From: a virus
Length of the DNA: 63,125 nucleotides
UHGV virus genome: UHGV-1373161
Direction: 5' to 3' (one strand)
Shown: piece by piece, positions 17,909 through 27,001 of the stretch
Numbering within the stretch: position 1 is the first letter of the stretch
Layout: each line of letters begins with the position of its first letter
Program-made: the position numbers and the translations under genes
Notes under the pieces: generated by a model
The model's database searches: none
What the model was told of the DNA's origin: nothing
Seen by the model: only the letters and a program-made list of their open reading frames with translations

Positions 17909-19656
17909 TATGCGCCTCCCGCGATATCTTCAGGTGTGGCCGCCACGGTGACGGCGGTAATCCTCTGGTTGCCGCGCACTTCCAGCTCCAGGGTGGTGTA
18001 CATCCGTTTACCGGGCAGGCGTTCAATCTCGTTGATGCGGTAGATGGTGGCGATCAGCTCACCATCGCCATAGACCGCGCAGGAGAATGACGGGTCGGCG
18101 TCCTCCAACGGCTCCAGCAGACTACCGGCGAAGGTCACAACACCCAGGGCGGCATCGGCCAGCGCGCCATCAGAGTTATCGGCATTCATCCGGACGCGGT
18201 TGCGCGCCCGAACGGCGGCATTCTTCGCCAGGCGCTCCTTGATCTGCTCGTCGCTCGATGCGTCTTCCCCTTCCACCAGGATAGCGCCCCAGTTGTAGTA
18301 GCTGGGTGAAACGAACCGCTTAGAGCGCCAGTACATTTCCGCGTATGGCTCGGATATCGCGTCCCACTCGAAAATCTCCCGGCCGCCGCGCAGCAGGTAC
18401 AGCACGCCGGTGCCAATTTCGAAGAACATGGCGCTGGCGTAGTCGGCGTATCGCTCCAGAAAAGGCTGGGATCCGGAAAGGTCGATGCTGATAATGCCGC
18501 GCCGCTCGATGTTGTCGCTATCCAGGTACGCGTAAGACGCCAGGTAGCGCCCGGCGAACTGCCCGGCGATAAAGCTCTCTGGCTGCATCTGCCGCCACTG
18601 ATCGCGGGTCATCAGGCTGGCGGTAGCGACGGCCGCGCCGTTCTGCGAGATCGTGACCAGCCCCTGCGGCGACGCGTAGGCAACGGAATAGCCCAGGTCA
18701 ACGATGCTCGATGCCGCGATGCATGGATAATTCACCCGGATACGGTCCATCGTCATGTTTTCCGGGGCGGTGCCCTGGGCGACATACGGCGATCCCTTCG
18801 TCATGATGGCAACGGACGTGCCAAAAACGCCCAGGCCGACGATCTCATAGTCGCAGGTCAGAATGTACTTTTCCGGCCACGCATGCGGGCGGTACGGCTC
18901 ACTGAAATATAGCTTCTTCCCGACGAAAGCGGCCATCATGCCGTTTGGCAAGGAAGTAAGTCCCTGCAGGCCATCCGGCGGCGCGTTGTAGTCTGTGCTG
19001 GGCAGCACTTCGTTGATCGGGTTATCCGCCACCACATCCACGAAATCGGCGGCCGTCGCCTCCCGCTCTTTGATGAAATAGAGGGTGGTGACGCCGCTGC
19101 TGCTGGTCTGTGACCGGTAGATGCGCATGCGGTTGATACCTCGCCCGGCCGGTGGCGACTGGAATCCAGACAGGCGAACATCGAGGCCAGGACTCCACAA
19201 AAGCCCGGCTGACAATGGCGCTGGCTCTGATTCCTCGTCCAGCTCCGTTATCCAGGTGTATGTCCAGATGACGGTGGAAGACAGCTCGTCGTCAACGTCG
19301 CCAGAAACGATAGCGGTTGTCAGCGCTACAGACGGGAACGGCACCGCCAGCGGCCAGGTCTTGCCGTTGGCGATAACCTTCGGCACGCCGTCGCCGGTTA
19401 CATAGAGACGATCTTCCGCCACCGGGCCAGGGGCGACACGAACCACGCCGGGCCAGCCCAACCACTCCCCATCGGTGGTTTTGTAGAAGGTTTTGCAGTC
19501 GAAACCGAACCGGTTGACGTAGCGCGCCCTGCGGATCGGCAGTAGCGAGCCGTCTTCCAGTTTCGTGTTCTGCGACACCTGCGCATAGTTGTTGTCCAGC
19601 AACCGGGGGATAACGCGCGGTATCTCCCCGGAAAACGCCGCTATGCGAACGCTCAT
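17908..19656 (-). CDS. Tail structural protein, 582 aa (nozzle/tubular-type candidate)
   Basis: Large protein immediately after the RBP genes in the virion module; no recognisable enzymatic motifs. Confidence 0.45.
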   Translation of the reverse strand: MSVRIAAFSGEIPRVIPRLLDNNYAQVSQNTKLEDGSLLPIRRARYVNRFGFDCKTFYKTTDGEWLGWPGVVRVAPGPVAEDRLYVTGDGVPKVIANGKTWPLAVPFPSVALTTAIVSGDVDDELSSTVIWTYTWITELDEESEPAPLSAGLLWSPGLDVRLSGFQSPPAGRGINRMRIYRSQTSSSGVTTLYFIKEREATAADFVDVVADNPINEVLPSTDYNAPPDGLQGLTSLPNGMMAAFVGKKLYFSEPYRPHAWPEKYILTCDYEIVGLGVFGTSVAIMTKGSPYVAQGTAPENMTMDRIRVNYPCIAASSIVDLGYSVAYASPQGLVTISQNGAAVATASLMTRDQWRQMQPESFIAGQFAGRYLASYAYLDSDNIERRGIISIDLSGSQPFLERYADYASAMFFEIGTGVLYLLRGGREIFEWDAISEPYAEMYWRSKRFVSPSYYNWGAILVEGEDASSDEQIKERLAKNAAVRARNRVRMNADNSDGALADAALGVVTFAGSLLEPLEDADPSFSCAVYGDGELIATIYRINEIERLPGKRMYTTLELEVRGNQRITAVTVAATPEDIAGGA

Positions 19657-20018
19657 GAGGAAATCGCCGCGTCACTGATAACAGCAGTCACCACTGAGGG
19701 ACTTGGTGTACCGTTCTGCAGTTCGTCCATCGCGCCAGCGGTTAAACGCAGCTCACAGAGGTCGCCAGCGCTGAATTCCCGACGCTGGGAGCCTTCAGCT
19801 CCTCGCTGTACGGTGATGCTATCCCCTTCCCTGGCGGTTGCGCGCAGGTACTCGATGTTGCCGGAATCATCCTCCAGCGCCAGCGGAAACCAGTCGCCGG
19901 TATTGGTCAGCACCGGGAACTTGACGCCGTGGCCGACTTTCACGCGGATCACCGTCTCGGAGTCGCTGATTGATACAGCCAGGATGCTACGGGCATTGTT
20001 GGTGAGTTTCAGGCTCAT
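19653..20018 (-). CDS. Small virion/tail protein, 121 aa
   Basis: Overlap-coupled between RBP3 and the 582-aa tail gene. Confidence 0.4.
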   Translation of the reverse strand: MSLKLTNNARSILAVSISDSETVIRVKVGHGVKFPVLTNTGDWFPLALEDDSGNIEYLRATAREGDSITVQRGAEGSQRREFSAGDLCELRLTAGAMDELQNGTPSPSVVTAVISDAAISS

Positions 20019-20020
20019 TG

Positions 20021-22900
20021 TTACCTCACGTTATCTTCAAGCCAACCCTGGGTTTGCACCAGGCGCTCTCTCATGGTTGATGTGCTGATATTGCCGGGGA
20101 TGCCCGCCGGGTATTTCAGCAGGTAGGCAATCGTCGCGATGATCTCGAACTGCCAGAAGCCGAACCATTCCTGGTTATCGTTCGCCCAGGTATGGCGCAT
20201 TGCGTCAGTCTGCCCGGTGCGCCAGCGGCTCTCGATGTACGTCCAGCAGCGCTCGCCAACAGCTTCCACGGTCGCCAGCTGCCCGGATGACAGCAGGCCG
20301 GACAATTTCAGCCAGAGGCAGGCGCGCAGGATAAGAGCTGGCGCGTGCGGCTCCTCATAGAGCTTCTGCGGCGCTCCCTTGCGGGGATCGTCCCAGTCAG
20401 TCGGCATACCGGCGATAGTTCCGTTCAGGTTCGGCCAGACGACGTTAATCCGCTCGATCCAGCTCATCGCCATATCCAGCGCCAGACCGCGAGCGGTTCC
20501 CCATGATGGCGTGCTGCGGGACAGCCAGCAGAGCTTCGCCAGGCTCTCAACGACGCGGGCCTGATAACCCACCCAGCGGGTGTTCGGGTCATCGTTAGTG
20601 TACACCCATGTGTGCGGCGTCGGACTACCGATGCTGATGCGTGCCGGGGTGTTCATCACGAAAGTATGCGCGAATGGCCCGGCCGCGCCGCCGTCTGAGA
20701 TCCACTTATCGCGTGCATGCTTCAGGAATAGCAGCTGTTGCTCGGCCAGCAATGCATTTTTCGTTTTGGCAACACCATTGGCACTAAAAGAAATCGGGTA
20801 GGTGATCGCTCCCGTCGCCTGGTCCGGCACCGGCATATTGACGGCCGGATTAAGGTCCGGGTGGACTGCATCGGCATCGGCCCCCAGGAACCACCACAGA
20901 TCCGGCAGCTGGTAGCCGTGGAAAGGTGAGCCGTTCCAGCCGACAAACTGCTGCTTCACGGTATCGGCGTTGATGGCAAAAGGCATCGCACCGGGGAAAA
21001 ACGGCATTGGTGAGCCGTGGACCGCTTTCGACAGGTTATCCCTCACCCACTGCTCACTCGCGCCGCTAACCGGACGTAGCGCCACGATCTGAAGGCGGTA
21101 CGCGTCGCGCATTTCCATCGATATGCCGAAGTTCTCGAACCGCTGGCCCGCCGGGAGCACGCTGTTATCGCCGTCTTTGCGCCGGAATGACGTGCGAGGG
21201 ATCAGGATATAGCTCGGCTTGTCCGGGCTGGTGGACGGTATCAGCGCCGCGTCCTGCCCGATATCGGCATACCAGCGCGTCGAGGCGTCGTAATATTTGG
21301 TCGAGGACATGAAAACGTAGCAGCGCTCACCCAGCGCCAGGTTCGGCCGCCGGGAGAGTGAAAGCGCCACGAACATAAACTGATCGGCTTCCTGGTAATC
21401 GGTCGCCTGCCGCCAGCTGTCATTGATGCCGCGCCCGATTTGCACCTGGCACACCGTGGCGGCCGCCGGTACGTCAGCGCGGATCGCCCCGTTGAAGAAG
21501 TTCCGGCCGTTGGCTGCTTCTCCCATGTTCGCCGGGGTCCAGGTGAATTCGCCAGGCTTCACGGTGCCGCCGGAACCACCTACGCGGGACCAGAAGTTAT
21601 AGCCGATCCAGCCAGCGTTTGCCCCAGCGCCAATAGCGCCTGGCCCTGGCGGAGTCGCCTGGGGATGGTTCGAATAGCAGAACATGCCAGACGGCTCACC
21701 CTTCGCCGGGATGGCGTCAAACTGCGGCATCGGCTTGATGATCTCGCGGAGGTCGCTGATAGCCTGCCCTTTCACCACCGTGCGCCGCATCGCGTCGCGC
21801 AGCTGCTGCCAGCGCGCCTGCATTCCAGTGCGGGTATCGACTTCCATCGCCAGCGACATCGCGTACTCGAACCAGCGGAACGTGTCAGGCGCACAGGCTG
21901 AATAGCCGGGGTCGATTTTTGTCCAGCACGGATAGGCCTCTTCTGCCTCTCCCTGGCGGATTGTGCCCGCATTGTTGTAGCCATAGACGATGCACCAGTC
22001 GGAGACACCAGATGGCGCGCCAGCCGGGATCGTGATGACCACCGTGCTTCCGTCAAGGCTCCAGTCGTCATCGGTAAGCGTGACACTGGTATCTGCCACC
22101 GGGTGAACGGAGTCGTATGACGGGCTGTAGGGCGACTGGTACAGCAGATAGCTGCTGGCCGGGTAGATCTGCCAGATACGGTAAACGTCAGCCGCGCCTT
22201 TGTGCCCTGGCACGTTGGCCGGGATATACAGCTTGTTGCCGTTCCTGGTGGCGCGGAAAGAGTAGTTGATGGCCTGTGACGGGATATCGCCGCGCGCGGC
22301 GAAGAGCCAGTGCAGCAGCGTGATGGTGTTCTTGTCGTCGGGGATCTGCTGGCGCAGCATCGGCCCGGTTAGCGAACCGCTGCCCATCGCGTCAAGCATG
22401 TTTTGGCCGTTGGCCTTGTACCACTCAGCTGCAGCTTTTTCGTCGGCGGTGCCGGTCGCCAGTACCTGGCTTGCCAGCAGCGATCCCTCGATGCCGATTG
22501 ACTGTCCTTCGCTGGTGCCGGAATTGTGGTGGAAATATCCGCCGCGCCCCTCAACGTTGTGGAATGCGTTGGTCATCAGGCCACGCAGAATAAGCGGCCC
22601 GCCCAGTCCGTCAGTCGAACCTGCAGGAATGAGGGCTATGCCGTCAGAGTCAACGATGGTGCAATTCTGCGCCCGGTAAAGGGTGGTCATGAAGCGCTGC
22701 GCCTGTTCGCCAGGTCGCTCATCACGCACATCAACGGTGATTTGCTTCTCAACCTCTCCCGGAAGGAAAGTCAGCGTCCCACGCTGCGCGGTATAGTCGT
22801 CTGGTGCCGTCGCCGTTATGTCAACGGTCACATAGTCGATCTGCACCTGCTGTGTGCTGGCCTGGGAAAGCCGCACGGTAAACACTGCTTTTCTGGTCAT
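20021..22900 (-). CDS. Receptor-binding protein 3 (tailspike/depolymerase-like, 959 aa) with N-terminal Calx-beta-like domain
   Basis: N-term AVFTVRLSQ...QIDYVTVDITATAPDDYTAQRGTLTFLPGEVEKQITVDV (Calx-beta pattern); large Trp/aromatic-rich C-terminal catalytic-type region. Confidence 0.55.
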   Translation of the reverse strand: MTRKAVFTVRLSQASTQQVQIDYVTVDITATAPDDYTAQRGTLTFLPGEVEKQITVDVRDERPGEQAQRFMTTLYRAQNCTIVDSDGIALIPAGSTDGLGGPLILRGLMTNAFHNVEGRGGYFHHNSGTSEGQSIGIEGSLLASQVLATGTADEKAAAEWYKANGQNMLDAMGSGSLTGPMLRQQIPDDKNTITLLHWLFAARGDIPSQAINYSFRATRNGNKLYIPANVPGHKGAADVYRIWQIYPASSYLLYQSPYSPSYDSVHPVADTSVTLTDDDWSLDGSTVVITIPAGAPSGVSDWCIVYGYNNAGTIRQGEAEEAYPCWTKIDPGYSACAPDTFRWFEYAMSLAMEVDTRTGMQARWQQLRDAMRRTVVKGQAISDLREIIKPMPQFDAIPAKGEPSGMFCYSNHPQATPPGPGAIGAGANAGWIGYNFWSRVGGSGGTVKPGEFTWTPANMGEAANGRNFFNGAIRADVPAAATVCQVQIGRGINDSWRQATDYQEADQFMFVALSLSRRPNLALGERCYVFMSSTKYYDASTRWYADIGQDAALIPSTSPDKPSYILIPRTSFRRKDGDNSVLPAGQRFENFGISMEMRDAYRLQIVALRPVSGASEQWVRDNLSKAVHGSPMPFFPGAMPFAINADTVKQQFVGWNGSPFHGYQLPDLWWFLGADADAVHPDLNPAVNMPVPDQATGAITYPISFSANGVAKTKNALLAEQQLLFLKHARDKWISDGGAAGPFAHTFVMNTPARISIGSPTPHTWVYTNDDPNTRWVGYQARVVESLAKLCWLSRSTPSWGTARGLALDMAMSWIERINVVWPNLNGTIAGMPTDWDDPRKGAPQKLYEEPHAPALILRACLWLKLSGLLSSGQLATVEAVGERCWTYIESRWRTGQTDAMRHTWANDNQEWFGFWQFEIIATIAYLLKYPAGIPGNISTSTMRERLVQTQGWLEDNVR

Positions 22901-22916
22901 AGTCCCCGCTCCGCAT

Positions 22917-22942
22917 ACGAAAAAGCCCCTTTCGGGGCTTTA
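22917..22942 (-). terminator. Rho-independent terminator or attenuator immediately upstream of RBP3
   Basis: Minus strand AAAGCCCC-gaaa-GGGGCTTTTT; lies in the 61-nt gap between the 87-aa gene and the RBP3 start. Confidence 0.5.
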
Positions 22943-22961
22943 GAGTAACATCCTTTTCAAA

Positions 22962-23225
22962 TCAGGACGCAGGAACAGTATAGCCAATCTCATCAGCCAT
23001 AGCGCGCAGATGGTATTCCAGGAAACCGACTTTACCGGTAGCCCAGCTGATCGAGCCTTCAAGACTGTCGGCTTTGTTCTGCGCCTGGGTCGCTTTGTAT
23101 TCAGCAGAGCCAGCGGCATTTGCTGCATACTGAGCTTTGCCATAGATGGCACCCAGGGTGTTCTGCAGGTTGTCCAGTGGCAGATCGTCAATCGGGTCTA
23201 CGGTTACTGCGGTTGCTGCTACCAT
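22962..23225 (-). CDS. Hypothetical 87-aa protein between RBP2 and RBP3
   Basis: ORF with coiled-coil character; possible fibre assembly or adaptor factor. Confidence 0.3.
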   Translation of the reverse strand: MVAATAVTVDPIDDLPLDNLQNTLGAIYGKAQYAANAAGSAEYKATQAQNKADSLEGSISWATGKVGFLEYHLRAMADEIGYTVPAS

Positions 23226-23368
23226 ACAAACTCCTTAATTAATTTTATAAGCAATAAGAATATAGCTGCTCTTAAACTTTATTGAAACAGGACTATCATC
23301 CTGCCTCATATCGTTGAATGAGGTGCGGCTATCAATTTTCATGACAGCCGCACACTCCATTTTCATAT
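23226..23368. repeat. AT-rich intergenic spacer with hairpins GTGCGGCT-N15-AGCCGCAC and CCTCAT-N8-ATGAGG
   Basis: Local AT content far above the flanks; sits between the RBP2 stop and the 87-aa gene, typical of a module junction. Confidence 0.4.
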
Positions 23369-26300
23369 TTAGCTGAGGTACTGCTTATCCAGCAGCGTTA
23401 ATGCAAACTGATTACATACATGCTCGAATCCCTCGTACGCTACAGTAAGCGGATACGTGAGTTGCCGAAAATCAGCCAGATGAGGCTGTGCAATTGGGTC
23501 CACAGACCAGTCCTGTTCAAATCGCTCTAACAACAGATATGCTGCGTTTGTTGTCGATACCCTACCCAGACTCATCAGTCCCACCGCCATCGCCCCGGCC
23601 GTCTCGCAGAACCCGCGGCGGTCCTCTGCCAGCGTAAAATTGAGATAGTCAGGGGAGCCATTACCAAGTGTCGCCATCAGCAGATAGTTGCTGTTATCAA
23701 ACTCCGGTGTGATGTTCAGCAATTTACAGGCCCGCAGATACACGTAGTAGAAATGGCACTCGTAGGACAGCCAGCGATTCATGAATGGGTAAGCGCTAAA
23801 CGTGTCCATTACCGTCGGATGCGCGAAACTTGCGTAGGTGTTTGATTTAATCATCGAAACAATAGTATTGAACGCGGCCAGTTTTGCTCCTTGCGTATCC
23901 AGCCCGGCATATATCCCTAACGCCAGCATCCGCATTCCCTCGGCATTTGAGTTACCGTTTCCCCGATAATTTTGAGAGCCATCCAGAGGCGTTCCGTTTG
24001 ACGCATTTACGCGAGTAACAAGTGCGTCACAAATGCTGGCAATGAATATTTTCAAATCATCCATGACAGCGGTATTGCCTGTTTTCTCAGCGTAACGATA
24101 ATACATTTCGACAGGAGCAAACATCATTCTACCAACGAATTGTAAAACAATCGATCCGCTCAGGTATGCCGTTCCGGCATTGCTGTAGCTGCCGATAATG
24201 TCGGTAATGAATTTTTTGAAATGTACATACTGCGCGTCAAAATCTCCGCCGCTTTTCAGACATTGCAGCAATCCGTAAACCTGCGGGTAGCGGTAGCCAC
24301 TCTTGTCGCTCGCCGATATCTGGCCGTTTTCCGGGTTGGAATACAGGTCAAATATGCCATCAGCCAGCCGTTCCATGAGTCCGTATACCCTCTGTTTCAG
24401 CACGTATGCTGGCACCCCACGGTAAGCCATTCCCACCGGGCGGTTAAATACCCGGTTGCTCAGCTCTCTCTCAGTTGTTCCCAGCGAGTACGGGAAAATC
24501 CAGTGACCAGCGCTCCACGTCCAGTTTTCAGGAACAACATAATTAACGAGACTATCGTCTGTGAGTGATGCGAATGACCAGCCACTGCGCATGCGAATTT
24601 CCTCGCCGGATCGCACTATTGTTCCTAAATTTGGGCGAATAGCACCCCACGTATTTAATCTTGAAGCATCATCACGCCGCTGGTCAGCAATCGAGAACTC
24701 ATTGATCAACGACCAGTTTGTTTCTGTTGCAGCAACATTACGCACTATAGATGCACTGCTGTATATGGATGCGTCCATATTCGTACCGAATGCGAATCCG
24801 AGGTCAAGACGAACCCCGTACAGGCTGTTTGCCGGGATTTTCTGTGTTGCCTGGAACATGTTGAAAACCTGCATAACGCCTGTACTGAACAGGCGGTATC
24901 TCGTAACGCTCCGTACTGCGCCAGCCGGCACGCTGCCCTGCCCGGCATGATACGCAATTTGCTCAACCTCTGCAAAAACAGGCCCGGAATTAACTAGCCG
25001 CAGGCTGAATGATGAATAACCGGTGTTTTCAACCGCCACGCCGTCAGTGATACCAGAGATACGCTTGAGCGTCTGTATTCTCAGTTCAGAATCACCGCGC
25101 GACACTGACCAGGGGCTACCGTTGAGCGCACTAAATTTCCAGGTAAATTCACCAACAGTTATCGAGTAGCGATTTCCCGCCGCGTCATAATTTAGTTTTG
25201 GATAGCCAGATTTAGCAGAATTGAATCCGTAATTGCCGTACACCTCCAGGCGAAATTGTTTCTTCTCTCCGGCTGACATATCTCCGTAGAAAATTATTTC
25301 GCCGGTATTGAAGGAGCCGTCAGTGTAACGCTCCAGGTCGGCGTTTTTCCTCAGATTTGCGTCCATGACTCCGGCAAACTGGCAAGGATAGACATTCCCC
25401 GCGCTGTCTCTCAGTCTCAGAGCTGAATGCTCGGAGACCTCTCCGGGGCTGAACTGTATCTTGATGCTGAGAGGGTGAGTCTCAAAACTATACGCAGAAG
25501 GGTTATAGATATCGGCGTTGTATGTGGATAATTGTGTAGACGGCGTGACGTCTGCGCCTGATTTGCTGGTCAGGACATTAATCACTACATTAACTGTCGG
25601 ATCGATATGGACCGTGATATCGTCGCTCACAGCGCCGTATAACAACACTGGGGATGAAGTGTAGCTATTAGAGCGGTACGTCAGTTTTATCGACGAATAA
25701 GTTGCCAGATAATAAGCGAGTACCCCGTCCAGCGTTAATTCATAACCTGCTGCGATAATGGCCGCATTCGGTATCCCCAGATAAATCGCACCGGAGGTAT
25801 GCCCCACACAAGTCGCTACTGTCGCTGATTCCTGCGCGCCCTGGTTGATAGCAGTAAACCGGCCGTCAAGACTGAAAACAGTACGACTGCCATCAAATGC
25901 CGAGTCTGGTGTCATCGTAGTTTGCAGCGCTAATCGGGTAACGCTCGCCCCAATTAACCGCATAGAAATATCACTGGCATTGCCGCCAAGGGAAATGGTT
26001 TTATACGGAGAGGTTAATACGCCAGAACTGATTGTTTCATCAGGGTACAGGCGCTGCCTAAAAATATCACCACCGGGTTGTGTGGCGTAAATCTCTCCGG
26101 AATCTCCGCCCAGTGCTATAGAGGCGTGATCAACAATAACCAGCGAATCCTGTGCAATACTAACAGCAGTATCCCCGGATGACGAAACAGACGTGGCGAC
26201 AGTCATTGTGCTGGAAAGGGCCACCACGGATTCACTCAGACGCGACTTAATGCTATCCACGGACAACTGCGACGGCATCTTCCGCCCAGTGGCCTCCAGC

Positions 26301-26986
26301 GTCCCGGCATTGTTGATGTACTCGTCTGCAAGCGAACTAGCGTCTGCACTACGCACGTAGGTAGTGCTTCCTTCGGGAATATTCGCGATATCCGCCTGTG
26401 CTGCGGCCAGCGTCGAATATGTTCGACCAAGAGGGGCGAGTGTGTCTCTTACTTCATTTGCCGCATTCTCTGCTGCTACATCAGCAGCGTTCTCCGCTCT
26501 GTTGGCCTCTCTTTCTGCCCTATCAGCAGCAACACCGGCTGCTGTTTCATTCTGAATCCATTCTGATAATGACCCTTCGTAGCCCTGAAGTTTCGCCAGT
26601 TCATATGAGCTAAGGCCTGGGTCTCCTTTCACACCGCGCGGGCCGGTGGCGACCACCAGCGACGTGACAGCGACACCGCTTTCATCAGTGACCTGGATAT
26701 TTACTTCGGTCAGATGCTGGTCAAGGATCGCGTTTTCAGGTGGGTACAGCTGGATGCTGAACGCGCGCGTCTCCGTATCGCCTTCTGCGCGACCGTAGAC
26801 GACAACCTGCACCTGCTTTTCAGTCTGTCCAGGCTCGAACGTTACCGAACCGCTCGCGGCCTCGTAATCGGTGCCAGCTTTCGCGGTGCCGTCTTTAGTC
26901 TGCCAGTCAACGGTAACAGGCACTTCCAGCGCCGTAGAAAGGCGGACAATAAATACGGCAGTAGTAGCGCCAGATAAGTTGCTCAT
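23369..26986 (-). CDS. Receptor-binding protein 2 (tailspike/depolymerase-like, 1205 aa) with N-terminal Calx-beta-like domain and short collagen-like Gly-X-Y run
   Basis: N-term VFIVRLSTALEVPVTVDWQTKDGTAKAGTDYEAASGSVTFEPGQTEKQVQVVV; GPRGVKGDPGL; very large C-terminal region. Confidence 0.55.
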   Translation of the reverse strand: MSNLSGATTAVFIVRLSTALEVPVTVDWQTKDGTAKAGTDYEAASGSVTFEPGQTEKQVQVVVYGRAEGDTETRAFSIQLYPPENAILDQHLTEVNIQVTDESGVAVTSLVVATGPRGVKGDPGLSSYELAKLQGYEGSLSEWIQNETAAGVAADRAEREANRAENAADVAAENAANEVRDTLAPLGRTYSTLAAAQADIANIPEGSTTYVRSADASSLADEYINNAGTLEATGRKMPSQLSVDSIKSRLSESVVALSSTMTVATSVSSSGDTAVSIAQDSLVIVDHASIALGGDSGEIYATQPGGDIFRQRLYPDETISSGVLTSPYKTISLGGNASDISMRLIGASVTRLALQTTMTPDSAFDGSRTVFSLDGRFTAINQGAQESATVATCVGHTSGAIYLGIPNAAIIAAGYELTLDGVLAYYLATYSSIKLTYRSNSYTSSPVLLYGAVSDDITVHIDPTVNVVINVLTSKSGADVTPSTQLSTYNADIYNPSAYSFETHPLSIKIQFSPGEVSEHSALRLRDSAGNVYPCQFAGVMDANLRKNADLERYTDGSFNTGEIIFYGDMSAGEKKQFRLEVYGNYGFNSAKSGYPKLNYDAAGNRYSITVGEFTWKFSALNGSPWSVSRGDSELRIQTLKRISGITDGVAVENTGYSSFSLRLVNSGPVFAEVEQIAYHAGQGSVPAGAVRSVTRYRLFSTGVMQVFNMFQATQKIPANSLYGVRLDLGFAFGTNMDASIYSSASIVRNVAATETNWSLINEFSIADQRRDDASRLNTWGAIRPNLGTIVRSGEEIRMRSGWSFASLTDDSLVNYVVPENWTWSAGHWIFPYSLGTTERELSNRVFNRPVGMAYRGVPAYVLKQRVYGLMERLADGIFDLYSNPENGQISASDKSGYRYPQVYGLLQCLKSGGDFDAQYVHFKKFITDIIGSYSNAGTAYLSGSIVLQFVGRMMFAPVEMYYRYAEKTGNTAVMDDLKIFIASICDALVTRVNASNGTPLDGSQNYRGNGNSNAEGMRMLALGIYAGLDTQGAKLAAFNTIVSMIKSNTYASFAHPTVMDTFSAYPFMNRWLSYECHFYYVYLRACKLLNITPEFDNSNYLLMATLGNGSPDYLNFTLAEDRRGFCETAGAMAVGLMSLGRVSTTNAAYLLLERFEQDWSVDPIAQPHLADFRQLTYPLTVAYEGFEHVCNQFALTLLDKQYLS

Positions 26987-27001
26987 AAATCTTATTTCCT
27001 T

